Positions 41,798 through 53,200 of a stretch of 64,000 nucleotides of DNA are shown piece by piece. The notes under the pieces were generated by a model that searched no databases, was not told where the DNA came from, and saw only the letters and a list, made by a program, of their open reading frames with translations. The translations under genes and the position numbers were made by a program. The DNA comes from Histomonas meleagridis 2922-C6/04-290x. Its lineage: Eukaryota; Protista; Parabasalia. The stretch covers positions 186,001-250,000 of the forward strand of contig JAANOX010000280.1 in assembly GCA_020184695.1 (NCBI GenBank), given 5' to 3'. Within the stretch, counting starts at the first letter, position 1; every line of letters starts with the position of its first letter.

Positions 41798-43087
41798 ATG
41801 TCTGGCGTCATTGTACAACCTTTCTACGGTTACATTCCTCCTTCAGAGCATATTTCCGAAGTTATTGCTCCTCCTTACGATGTTCTTAATCGAGAAGAAG
41901 CTCATGAAATGGGTCAAAAGAAAGAAAAGTGTTTAATTCACGTGACTCGTCCCGAAATAGAAACACCCGAATTAGAAAATACACACCCACTAGTATATCA
42001 ACGTGGTGCTGATAACCTTAAAAAATGGATCGAAAATGAATTTCTCGTTAAAACTAAAAAACCAGGCTTCTACGCTTACATGCAAAAACTTGGTGATCAT
42101 GTACAAGTTGGTATTTTCGCTCTTTGCTCTTGCGAACAATATAAAGAAGGCATAATTAAAAAACATGAACAAACAAGAAAGCAGCCAGAGCTTGACAGAA
42201 CAATAACAACACGTGTACAAAATGCAAACGTTGGTTCCGTCTTCCTTTCTTATCATGGTGATAAATATCCAATGCTTCGTGATTATGTTAAAAGCCTTAC
42301 ACAAGATAAACCTGATCGTGTTGCCCATCTTGATTTCGATAATACAGATCATGAATTATGGATCATTGATGATGATAAAAGAATCCAAGAAATCCAAAAA
42401 TTATTCTCAGAAGTAGATGCATTATATATTGCTGATGGTCACCACAGAGCTGCATCAGCTTGCAATGTATATGAGGAACGTAAAGCTGAAGCAGGTGATT
42501 CATTCCGCGGTGATGAACCATATTGCTATTTCTTGGCTGCAATTTTTGCTGATACCGAACTTTGTGTTATAGATTATAATCGTGTTATCACAGGTGTTAC
42601 CCAGGATACAGAAGAGCTTCTCAAATTAATGAGATCAAATGGTTTCGAGATTGATGAGTTAAGCGGTGATGAAAAACCACAAACAAAATCATTCCTTGAG
42701 TTCCATCACGCCCGACCAGTTGGGGCTCACGTCTTCTCTCTCTACATCAGAGGCAAATGGTACAGAATGAAATTCACAGGTCAACTAAAAAGTGACAATC
42801 CAGTTGACAAAATTGATTCAAAAATTTTGACTGACTTTGTTCTAACACCAATATTTGGTATTACAGATCTCAGAGCTGCACAAAATATACAGTTCATTGG
42901 TGGAACACGTGGCCTTCGAGCTTTAGAAGAGGCATGTGATACTCCAGATAAAATTGCGATTGCTGTTCCTCCTATTACTATGAAACAACTATTTGATGTT
43001 TCGGATTCTGGTGTAATGATGCCACCAAAGAGCACATGGTTCGTACCAAAGCTCGCAACTGGTATGGTTTGTAGGCTGATTGAATAA
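41798..43087 (+). CDS. DUF1015 family (ParB/SpoOJ-like) protein, bacterial-type
   Basis: VIAPPYDV, IKKHEQTR, LYIADGHHRAASA, MPPKSTWFVPKL are characteristic DUF1015 motifs. Confidence 0.88.
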   Translation: MSGVIVQPFYGYIPPSEHISEVIAPPYDVLNREEAHEMGQKKEKCLIHVTRPEIETPELENTHPLVYQRGADNLKKWIENEFLVKTKKPGFYAYMQKLGDHVQVGIFALCSCEQYKEGIIKKHEQTRKQPELDRTITTRVQNANVGSVFLSYHGDKYPMLRDYVKSLTQDKPDRVAHLDFDNTDHELWIIDDDKRIQEIQKLFSEVDALYIADGHHRAASACNVYEERKAEAGDSFRGDEPYCYFLAAIFADTELCVIDYNRVITGVTQDTEELLKLMRSNGFEIDELSGDEKPQTKSFLEFHHARPVGAHVFSLYIRGKWYRMKFTGQLKSDNPVDKIDSKILTDFVLTPIFGITDLRAAQNIQFIGGTRGLRALEEACDTPDKIAIAVPPITMKQLFDVSDSGVMMPPKSTWFVPKLATGMVCRLIE

Positions 43088-43149
43088 AAAATAAACTCAA
43101 TCAAAAACTTAGAATTAAAAAATGTAAGCAACCACTCTGTCCTCAATGC

Positions 43150-43606
43150 AAAAGCTAGGCAGTGGGATGAATCATGGCGCTATGGTGTCTGTGGAGGTAG
43201 CGTTTGTTCCGCATAATTTTGTTGTCCACATTTAATAAACCGTTTATATTTTCATATCACATTTCGTTCTAATTCAAAACTTTCATTCTGATTATGACAA
43301 TGATACTATTGTTTAAATGTTTTATTATTCTACCATTTAAGAATTCGGGAAATTCTGTTTAATTCTTCCCAAATTTTATTAATAATTTTATTTGGACTCG
43401 AGGATCCAGCCAAAACGGTTATGAGATAAGATTTGTTGCGTGTGAAACTATCGGTTTCAGAATAATTGAAATTTTTCATATTTAAGTTTTGTCTTTGTCC
43501 AAGGACGCAGAGTTCCCTATGAAGGCCTACTGAGGGGCTCGGTTTGCTAAACGCAAACTACAAAAAACTTCCAAGGATGACAGAGCTTCGGCTTATTGAT
43601 ACATCT
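43150..43606 (+). ncRNA. GC-elevated intergenic cluster of stem-loops; one or more candidate structured ncRNAs (H/ACA-like)
   Basis: Long hairpin 43162-43212 with ACA at 43228. Hairpins at 43443-59, 43510-40 and 43542-58. H-like ACAAAA at 43560, cUUCGg tetraloop at 43586-91, ACA at 43601-03. Confidence 0.4.
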
Positions 43607-43911
43607 TAATTTTTGTGACCCTTATGGGGTTAATTCATAATGCAAGTTTAAAATTCCAAAATATTTTCTTTGGGGCAAATATCTCTTGTATGTCTGCCTC
43701 GTTCAATCAGATTGGGATAATACATATTATTTTTGTAAATCATAACATAAAAAAATATGTTAAACCAAAAATTATTTATCATATGATATTTATCATATTT
43801 ATTAATGAAGTTTAATAAATTATTTGTTTCATCATTTCTATTTATAAAGTATTTAAAAGGAATGTTAAATTTTCATTATTTTAATTATAATTTTAAAACA
43901 ATTGTTTTGGA

Positions 43912-44723
43912 TTAAATAACCACTGGTTTAAATTTAAAATAAAGGTAGTGTAAGAAGCTTTTTATGTACAAAATTTTCAAATGTTTTAAGCAAAAACCTA
44001 ACAAATTGAGCAGGGTGCCTATAGGTTGTAGTACATTTTTACCAATTCTGTAATTTAAGATATTAGGGAATATTTTTGGAATTTGTATTTGCATTTGATA
44101 TTGATTTATTTCCAAATCCAAAATTAGTATTATTTTCATTAGTTTGTAATTATATAGAATAAATTGAATCAAGTTCAAAATCTGTAGCATTAGTTTCATT
44201 TCCTTTTTGTTCAAGAAGTAAATTTACTATTTCCATAAACCCTTTTGCAATTTCACGTTGAATCGATGTAACAAACAACACAAACAATTTCCAAATATTA
44301 TATTGAAATTTTAATATATATAAATAAATTTTAAATAAAGCAAATGAATATCTTTAGCATTAATATCAATTCCTTTTTGTAAAAAATAAATATTATGCTT
44401 TATTTTTATGGAATTTGATTAATTAATTTGTTATCATAAATTTTTATAATGAGATAATTTGATTCATTAGATTCTATATTTAAAAGGAGCTGAAGAAATA
44501 TATCAAATATATGTAGTTCTTGGTTGAGAATATTTTCTTCTTTGAATTCAACATTTTTTAAAAAATGAAAAAGGATTTTATAATTTTTCTTTTGCGAAAT
44601 GAATGACGAATATATAGATTTGCAAATTATATTATTAAATGTGATAGGAAAATTCTTATCAAAAAATAACATTGTTAATTGTGCAACTAATTCAATATTT
44701 TCTTCTTCTAGTTTAAAGATCAT
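43912..44723 (-). pseudogene. Fragmented helical-repeat-like gene remnant
   Basis: Two same-strand ORF fragments with protein-like L/I/F/E composition resembling the ARM-type hypotheticals nearby; no intact frame. Confidence 0.3.
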
Positions 44724-44896
44724 TTGGTTAATAAATATTAAGTTTTCAATTTCTGTGTTTTGTTGAATTTCTTCCTATGTAGAACATGATTCCATTTACA
44801 AATATGCCAAAAGAAAAAAAAAATTTTTATATTTCGTTTCGCAAGTGAACTCAAAAGTGACATAATTTTGTGTAGTCATCTCCAACCGTCTATAAA

Positions 44897-46291
44897 ATGA
44901 ACGATTCCTTCAACAAATTAATCGAGCAAGATGATCCACCAATCGAAGAGATATTGACAAATCCAAGGTTCACCTCGAAGTTAAGATTATTAGATAGTAA
45001 CATGAAGAATTTTTTAATCAATCATTTCACAAAAATTTATAAATATATTTTTGAAACAGAAAAAGTACCTGGCTCAGCATACAATGCTTTCTATATGATT
45101 CTTGTAAATTTAAAAACTGAAGTAAGGAATGAAATTTACGAAAAAACTGATTTTGTTGATTTTTGCATCAATTTTCCAAAAAAACTCAAAAACTATTCTG
45201 TTAGTAAGCAAGCAATTTATTTTAATGTCATTCAGTATGTATTACAAAATGATAATTTTGAAGTTAATCCATTATTCATAAAATCAAATTTTTTCCCTTT
45301 ATTATTAGAGCAATGTGATAAAGAAACAGCATGTGATTATATAAGTAATCTTATTCAAACGCAAGGGCAAAGACTTTTTTCCATACTCCTTGACGTTAAT
45401 TTTTTTGATATAATATGTAAAAATATTATTGGTACTTCCAAACTCAATCTTAATTCTCAAAGGCTCTTATTAGTGTGTCTTGACAATGGTCTTGGGTCTA
45501 GTATTGCTGCCTCTTTAACAAAAGACAATTTAATTGATCAATTTTTAGATTTTTCAATAAATACACGTAACCGACAGTGCCTTAATCTCCTTTATTCCAT
45601 TCAGTCTAATGCCATGAGTAACAATCGTAATTCTGACTGGAAATCGATTGAAGCAGCAATCACGTTACGTAGATCAGACTTTGTCAACATTATTCTCACA
45701 TCAGATAAATTCACAGAACCAGTTAACACGTCTCTTGTCATCTTTAGCAAGATGTTGTTTTACGGCAGATCGATGGGCTCCGATGTGCCCAAAGTCGTCT
45801 CAAAACTTTCAAAGGACTTTTTCCGTTTTCAGTCAAATTCATTTCTTCACAATTCAGTGCTGGCACTTTTCCAGCTTTTTGAGCGAAAGAGGTTTTTGAC
45901 AGAAGAATTGGCAAAAGATTTTATTGATGGGCTGATCGAAGCATTTGATACGAAACATGAACAAAAGTATACATGTTCATATTGGGGACAAGCACGCGAG
46001 ATTTTTGATGCTGTTTATCCTTATGTGAAACAATCTGAAAAGACCGAAAAAATTGAATCCATCAAGAAAATCTTTGATAAAGAAGAAAAAACAATTGAAG
46101 AAGTCACGCCAATCAAAATATCACAAAAGAAACCTCGGAGAAATGTTCCAACTAGATTTCAGAAATCCTTACAGATTAATACACATCAACAAAGTGTTTC
46201 GAAAGTTACATTGTTTGTGTTGTTTTTGATGACTTTATTGATGGCCATACTTTTTGTTAGAAAAATTACTAATTTAAGTATTGGCGAATAA
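44897..46291 (+). CDS. SAPS/SIT4-associated-like HEAT protein with C-terminal transmembrane helix
   Basis: N-terminus LIEQDDPPIEEILTNPRFTSKLRLLDSNMKNFLINH resembles the SAPS N-terminus; C-terminal VTLFVLFLMTLLMAILFV. Confidence 0.5.
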   Translation: MNDSFNKLIEQDDPPIEEILTNPRFTSKLRLLDSNMKNFLINHFTKIYKYIFETEKVPGSAYNAFYMILVNLKTEVRNEIYEKTDFVDFCINFPKKLKNYSVSKQAIYFNVIQYVLQNDNFEVNPLFIKSNFFPLLLEQCDKETACDYISNLIQTQGQRLFSILLDVNFFDIICKNIIGTSKLNLNSQRLLLVCLDNGLGSSIAASLTKDNLIDQFLDFSINTRNRQCLNLLYSIQSNAMSNNRNSDWKSIEAAITLRRSDFVNIILTSDKFTEPVNTSLVIFSKMLFYGRSMGSDVPKVVSKLSKDFFRFQSNSFLHNSVLALFQLFERKRFLTEELAKDFIDGLIEAFDTKHEQKYTCSYWGQAREIFDAVYPYVKQSEKTEKIESIKKIFDKEEKTIEEVTPIKISQKKPRRNVPTRFQKSLQINTHQQSVSKVTLFVLFLMTLLMAILFVRKITNLSIGE

Positions 46292-46511
46292 AATGAATAA
46301 AACAATTTATATGGGTTTTTAATTTAACACTTGTTTTCGATAAAAAAGAAAATAAACTGTGGTCCATTGGAAACATAATAAATTGTTGAAGAAATTTGTT
46401 CGTGGTATTCTGATCATTGCCAACATGAATTTTTGTACGTTAAGAGACCGTTTATTTATCGAAATTATCCATTTAACTTCAGGTTTGTAAACTTTAGAAT
46501 AAACTGCCATA

Positions 46512-47924
46512 ATGGATCTTCTGGTTTTTATAACTTTTCTCATTTTATTATTCTTATTAAGACATTATCTTTTAAAACAACTAAGATCAACAATTCCACA
46601 TTTTTCACAACAAAGTGTACCAGATGCAGATCCAATTTTTCCGTTAGGATTTAATTTTGGAGTTTCAACAGCTGCTTATCAAATTGAAGAAAATTGTCCA
46701 CCATCTAATTGGAAGCTTTGGGAAAAACAATATGATGAAAATGGACGCCAACGTGCTCCTACTGCCGATGAAAAATGCCAAGGATATTCACGTTTTATTC
46801 AAGACATTGAACTTATACAACATCTTGACTGCAATTTCTATCGCTTTTCCTTATTATGGTCACGTATTAATCCACGACCTGGTTATTTTGATGATTCAGT
46901 TATGAATATTTATCGTGCAAACATTATTAAACTCAAAGAAAGTGGCATTGAACCATTACTAGTTCTATGGCATTTTGAGCATCCAGCATGGCTTGAAGAA
47001 CGAGGTAGTGTTATGAGTGATGAATTTGTCTCACGTTTTGGGGAATATGTTGAATATGTTTTACGTAACATTGGCTCATTAGTTAACTTATATAACACAG
47101 TTAACGAGCCATTTGGCTTTGTTGCCACAGCACTTTTTAGTGGTTTACATCCACCCGGCAAAAAAAGCTTAAAGGAAATGTTCCAAGCCATGTATAACTT
47201 AATGCAATGTCATGCTAATGCATATCATCTTATTCGGAAATATAATCCTAATGCCAAAGTTTCATACGCTAAGAACATTGTTCCATTTGTTCCCGTTCAT
47301 AAATGGAGTTTAATTGAGCACATCATTGCTTATTATTTAAATTCTTATTCACGGATTGGGTTTAGTATTTTCGAGACAGGGAAATTACGCTTTTTATGGA
47401 TGGAGAAAGAATTCGATAACATCATTGGTACATTAGATTACATCTCATTAAATCATTATTACGTTGCATTTGTATCAATAAATCCTAAAGAATGGTCTAA
47501 ACTAAATGGGAACACAGTACCATTCCTAACATATGGCGAACGATTTTTGCCTACGAATGATATGGGATGGGGAATGTTGCCTTCATCGTTAGCAGGAATC
47601 ACCAAATGGTTACACGAGAAATTTAATAAACAAAAGAATTTGCCTGTAATGATAACGGAACATGGCGCTGCTGACAAAGAAGATACGAAGCGCCAATGGT
47701 TCACAAAGGAGTCATTACTTCACTTAAGCATGCTGGCAGAAGAAGTGCCTTTGATGGGTTATACACATTGGACTTTGATGGATAACTATGAATGGGCTGA
47801 AGGATTAGATATGAGATTTGGGTTATATGAAATGGATTATAATACTCAAGAAAGAAAGCCAAGGCAATCGGTTGAAATGTTTAGGAAAATTATAGAGGTA
47901 AATAGAAATCAGCCAGATTTCTGA
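46512..47924 (+). CDS. Glycoside hydrolase family 1 beta-glycosidase with N-terminal membrane anchor/signal
   Basis: FNFGVSTAAYQIE, YRFSLLWSRINP, TVNEP (acid/base), ITEHG (nucleophile), WTLMDNYEWAEG. Confidence 0.92.
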   Translation: MDLLVFITFLILLFLLRHYLLKQLRSTIPHFSQQSVPDADPIFPLGFNFGVSTAAYQIEENCPPSNWKLWEKQYDENGRQRAPTADEKCQGYSRFIQDIELIQHLDCNFYRFSLLWSRINPRPGYFDDSVMNIYRANIIKLKESGIEPLLVLWHFEHPAWLEERGSVMSDEFVSRFGEYVEYVLRNIGSLVNLYNTVNEPFGFVATALFSGLHPPGKKSLKEMFQAMYNLMQCHANAYHLIRKYNPNAKVSYAKNIVPFVPVHKWSLIEHIIAYYLNSYSRIGFSIFETGKLRFLWMEKEFDNIIGTLDYISLNHYYVAFVSINPKEWSKLNGNTVPFLTYGERFLPTNDMGWGMLPSSLAGITKWLHEKFNKQKNLPVMITEHGAADKEDTKRQWFTKESLLHLSMLAEEVPLMGYTHWTLMDNYEWAEGLDMRFGLYEMDYNTQERKPRQSVEMFRKIIEVNRNQPDF

Positions 47925-48408
47925 TTTAATAAATTATGAATTTTTAGCCATTATTTAGAGTAAATATGCTGGAGCATATGTTCAAGATAAATATTAAATG
48001 AAATCAAAAAAAAAAGTTTTTTATTATTTCATTTTTGTTGGATAAATTTTAAATTAAACAATTAAACGTTTTTAGCATTCATATTTATTTCTTCTTGTAT
48101 GAAAAATAATTTAACTATGTTAAGATTAGATGCTAATAATTTCCATATATTATTGTGAAATTATCAGAATAAATAATAAATATATCTTGACTATTAATAA
48201 CATTTTTTGATTAATTATTCTAATATGTATAGATGACAAAATAAGGGCTGTATAAAATAGCATAGAGTCTTTAAATGAAAAATATTGATTATAATCAAAA
48301 AATCTTATGCATCAATGTCATATGTTTTTTAAATTGCATTATGAAGTGTTCCGCTGCTTTCTAATATTTACGAAACCGTTTTTTTTCTTATCAAAAGAAC
48401 GTTTAAAA

Positions 48409-49746
48409 ATGAATTTTAAAGATAGAAAAAAGGGTTTGATCAAAAACTCTCAAAAGCAATGGATAAATCAAAGTAACACAGTGGAAGAACTTCAGGCAAG
48501 CCAAGTTTCTGGTTTATATAATGATATCGAAATTCTGAAAATCAATCAATTTGCTGAAATAGATGATTTTTATAAAATACTTTCAGAAATTGATATACTT
48601 GTTAAAGAGGTCCAGCGCATACCTACAAATTTTATCATAAAGACTGAATTTCTTTTAACATTTATCAATATTCTCCAGAATTCAGATGACAATGCAAAGA
48701 CCATAGCTTTACGGATAATTGTCCATGCAATTTTCAAATCAAGAGATTGTTTATTACAATTTATTTCTTCAAATCCAATAGAATATTTATTTTCGTTTTT
48801 TCAATCCGAAACTCCTGTTGAACCAATTATTCTTATTCTTAATATTTTTCTCAAAATCATTGAAGCTGAAGAAACACATAATTTTTGCCTTGAAACAGAT
48901 TTTTTAATTCATTTATTTCACATTTTTGAATTTTCAATTGAACGATCAACATGCTTTGAAATAACCGCCATGGTTTTTGAAATCATTGATTCCTTTGTTC
49001 GGAATTTCGAACCTAATGTTATTGAAGTACACATTGGAGAAATGGTAAATTATATTCAAGGACTTATGTTTGATTCTCACATTTCAGAATATACACTACC
49101 AATTCTCTGTGATTTATGTGATAAAGGATTTACAGAAATAATTTTTCCGCATAATTTTCAAGATTTTTATCTTCAAAAGTTTGGAGATAACATGTATGAA
49201 AAAAGCTTTGGTTATATAGCGCGATTTATTCTCCAAATTATAAAATTTGATCCGCGACAAATATTCAAAATTCCATTAACTCAAACAAATTATATTATTT
49301 ATTGTTACTCCAAATTCCAATCGGATATTCTTCTGTTGTATCTTCAAATATCATTACAAGGAGAGTTTATGTATTTGTTGGTTAACTCAGAACCATTTCT
49401 TTACTTGCTGAGATCTGATTGTAGTTACGAAAAGCAATCAATGGCAATGAATGTTCTGTGGAATGGCTTTGCGAATTTAAGGAAAATCGAAGACAAATTT
49501 TCCGTTTTATATGGCGATATATTTGATGTCATGTCAAATGTTTATGATTTTGGAGACGAAATAATTATTGTCGCGTTAAGGAGTTTGTCAGACGTAATAT
49601 TTAACTCTCAGCCAAATTCGATATATGAAATTAAAGAAGAACAGAAACAACAAATAATTAATATGGCAAACGAATGCGTAAATAGTGAAAATGAATTCAT
49701 TAGTAATTGCGCAGAACAAATATTAAAATGGTTCGATGAGCAATGA
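48409..49746 (+). CDS. ARM-repeat-like hypothetical protein
   Basis: Long ORF with helical-repeat pattern. The ATG at 48409 (MNFKDRKK) is the likely start; the ORF is open from 48307. Confidence 0.7.
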   Translation: MNFKDRKKGLIKNSQKQWINQSNTVEELQASQVSGLYNDIEILKINQFAEIDDFYKILSEIDILVKEVQRIPTNFIIKTEFLLTFINILQNSDDNAKTIALRIIVHAIFKSRDCLLQFISSNPIEYLFSFFQSETPVEPIILILNIFLKIIEAEETHNFCLETDFLIHLFHIFEFSIERSTCFEITAMVFEIIDSFVRNFEPNVIEVHIGEMVNYIQGLMFDSHISEYTLPILCDLCDKGFTEIIFPHNFQDFYLQKFGDNMYEKSFGYIARFILQIIKFDPRQIFKIPLTQTNYIIYCYSKFQSDILLLYLQISLQGEFMYLLVNSEPFLYLLRSDCSYEKQSMAMNVLWNGFANLRKIEDKFSVLYGDIFDVMSNVYDFGDEIIIVALRSLSDVIFNSQPNSIYEIKEEQKQQIINMANECVNSENEFISNCAEQILKWFDEQ

Positions 49747-50247
49747 ATTTTTTAGACTGAAGGGGAAACCTGTAGACCGACACATTAATATAACCCACGC
49801 CTACACTGTGACATATTCATAGAGAACAAATTTAGAAATATATATTTAATAAAATTTTTTTCGATTTAATTTGTAATTTTCTCTCACTTCACGAAGGAGA
49901 ACGTGAACACGAAAAAATCTTTTTTCTCAATTTTCTTTACATATTTTAATTAATTCATATTTTTGTAACTGAACATATGTAAGAATTTCTATTTGCTAAC
50001 AAGCTTTTTTAAAATTATTGATATATCTAAAATTTTGTTGTTGGCTTACATGTTTTTCATGGCAGTCTAATTCAATATCATTTTTTTCTCATCTCGCTAA
50101 TGCAGTAATTTCTTGAAAAAAAATCTATATTTCAATTTTTTTTATCGAAAATATTTACATTTGTAACATAAAAATATCGAAAAATATATTTTTTTTTAAA
50201 GAAAGATTTATTAATCATATCAAAAAACGCATTATTTATACAAATAT

Positions 50248-53200
50248 TTAAGTTATTTCATCCGGCATAATTCTAAAGTCGTCAGTTCCGATGATTTGTA
50301 TACAAGTACATTTTTCTTTTGTAATAATTTCCGCCATATTAAATGTAGAACATCTTTGATCAATTCTTTGTTTTGCCTTTTCTTTATCCAACACGTAATT
50401 TTCACTTTTTATATTTTGTTGGAACAATTTATTCGAATTCGATTTCACATATTGTGATTTCATTTTCGAAAATTGTGGTAAAGAAATTTGGGAAATTTGA
50501 TTTTGTATTAATTCCCAAATTTGGCACTCGTTATACCAATTATCATTTATTAGAATCGGCGCTTTAATTTGTAACAACTCATTTTCTAATTTAATATTAG
50601 GGAACAATGGATACTCATTAATTTTAGGTATTAAAGGAACAGAGTTTTTCTCAAAGAAAGACAAAAGTTTTTCTTCCATTTCAGGTGTTCCATGATCAAT
50701 TATTATTGATAATAATGGATGAAACACAGACAATGAAATTGGAGAAGATTTTTTCTCATAAGATTCCAAAAACACATTTAAGATTTCAAACACAGTTTTT
50801 AAATAAGTTTTAGGCTCAATCGATGTAATTTTCATATAAAAAGAGAAAATAATAAAAGAATTTTCAGGTGATGTATTATATAAAAAGTTTTTTATCATTT
50901 CCTTAAATGTTTTATCGAATTTATATATATTATTTTTTTCGATTAATTCCATTTCTTTATTATTATTTAATAAATATGGCAAAATAGAAAATATTACCAT
51001 ATTTAAATCAGAAGGTTTAAAGTTATGTAATAAAAGTTCAATTATACATTTAAACACACAAGAAATTATAGGAATTGTTAAATCAGCGGTAATAATATTT
51101 ATGAAAATTTCATCAAAAACATTATTAATGTTTCGTAATATTTCATAATATTTCTCATCATCTAAAAATATATTTAATATATATAATGAAGTTTGAAATA
51201 TCGGAAATAAATGTATAGAGTTACATTGCAAAAATTTAACAGAATAAAATAATGGACTTGATTCAGGATTTTCTAAATTTATATTTAACTTGGAACTTGA
51301 TATTAATAATAATGATAAATGTTCATAAAGAAATGGTGAAATTGGTGTTGGTGAACCTCTTTGATATATTAATGAACATAAAACACTTATCGAATTCGAC
51401 ATAATATCAATTTTTTCTTTATAATTTTCTTGTAATAAGTTAAAATCGAAATTTAATTTTTTCTTAGTTAAATTTTCATTTTCAAATTCTTTATTAATAT
51501 CATTTAATATTTTTTCATTTTCATTTTGAAAAGATTCATCAATTTGATCGATCTTTAATATATTATATTGTGAATTTATTTCGGAATATTTATTATCTTT
51601 AATTTCAATTTCAGATTTATTAATGAAATCAAAATCAATTTTATTATCATTAGAAAATATTTTTAAGATTTGATTCCATAACGTTGAAGCATTCGAATGT
51701 GATATCCTTAAATCAGATATCATCCATTTAAATGACATATCGAACATTTCCATTAATTCTTTTTCATTAAACTTATATAAACATTTTATAATTATTTTCA
51801 CGTTTAAAATTTTACAAATTTCTTCAATGATTTCTTTTGATGTTGGAAACTTTTGTAAATTTGTAAAACAAAAAGTAAAAAGTAAATGTAAATAATTCAT
51901 AAAAATCGAAGAGTTCTCTTTTAAAAGTGATAAAATTACATTTAATATTAATGATAATATTTGATCATAATCACCTTCATGATTTTGATACTTAAACAAA
52001 TAAAAATCAAATGATAAAATATCAATTAAAATCGGAATAATTTCTTTTTGATATTGAAGTGCTAAATAAACAATGATTGATTTAGCTTCAATATGAGAAG
52101 AAATCAAAAAATTAAATAAAAGTTTTGGATCATTACTTGCGATTTTATCGATTATTAACATATTAATATTCGATAAAGTCGTTTGTGATGAATGTGATTT
52201 AGTATCATCAATATAACCTGTTTTAGATAATGATGATAAAAATGATATCGATGAAAAACATCGAAAATTAGTTGGTACATTTGGTACTATACCAGTATTA
52301 ACTTCTGATAAACGAATGTTACCAAACCATTGTATAATACTCATTAAATAAGTTTGAACATGTTCATTACATAAAAGAATTTGGAACACTTTCGATAAGA
52401 ATTGTTCCGATGAAAAATAAAAAACTTTTGAAGCAATTTTATTCATTTTTGTGAGTTCTGGTAATGATGTATCATAAGAAGATGAAATTTTCATTGAATT
52501 TATTATATTAATAAACTTATCACTAAAAGGATATGAATTAATATAACCAAATAAAGCTAAATGATATATAATCTTAAATGTAACTTTCCGTATTTGATAA
52601 TTTTGATGTGTAATATAAAATGAAGATAATGATAATATTGATCCAATGTTATTATAAATCAATGAAATAAAAACTTTTTCTTTTTCATCCCATAAAATGA
52701 TTTTCGTTTTTAATTTGCGTAAATCATTTTTAATATCTTTCGGCTCAGAAAACAAATTACAAATCGAAATCCAAAACAAATAATTTAAATGTGAGTTATT
52801 TAATAATGGTAAAAATATTGTTTCTAAGTTATTAATTAACAAATTTTTATACATTTCTTTCGAATTAATATAATATATCGATTTTAATATATCTTTTATA
52901 CATTCTTTTGGTATTTTAGAAAATGAACTATAAATTGAAAATGTCTTTTTAGATATTTTTGATAAATCTAATATCGTTTGAATTGATGAAAGTTTATATA
53001 AAAACAAAAACCAAATTTTTTCTTTAAATGGATGTTCTATTATTTTTTTAGGTTGTTTTATCAGTAAAAATGGTATATTTAGTGAAACAAGTGAATTATT
53101 TCTTAACGATTTAAATATTTTATGTAATGAATTTATCATTTCTTTTAATATTAATAATATAATTTCATTTTGATTTTCTTTAAGATAATCTTCATTTATA

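Noticed and set aside
43507-43545. RNase MRP P4 helix (GAGTTCCCT / AGGGGCTC)
   Set aside because: The strands are only about 14 nt apart, forming a local hairpin rather than the long-range pseudoknot.
43560-43600. U6 snRNA (CAAGGATGACA, ACAGAG)
   Set aside because: The motif order is wrong, and the ACAGAGAAGAUUAGC catalytic core is absent.
49775-49815. Weak hairpin TGTAG/CTACA followed by ACA downstream of the ARM gene
   Set aside because: Only a 5-bp stem and no H box; within chance expectation.
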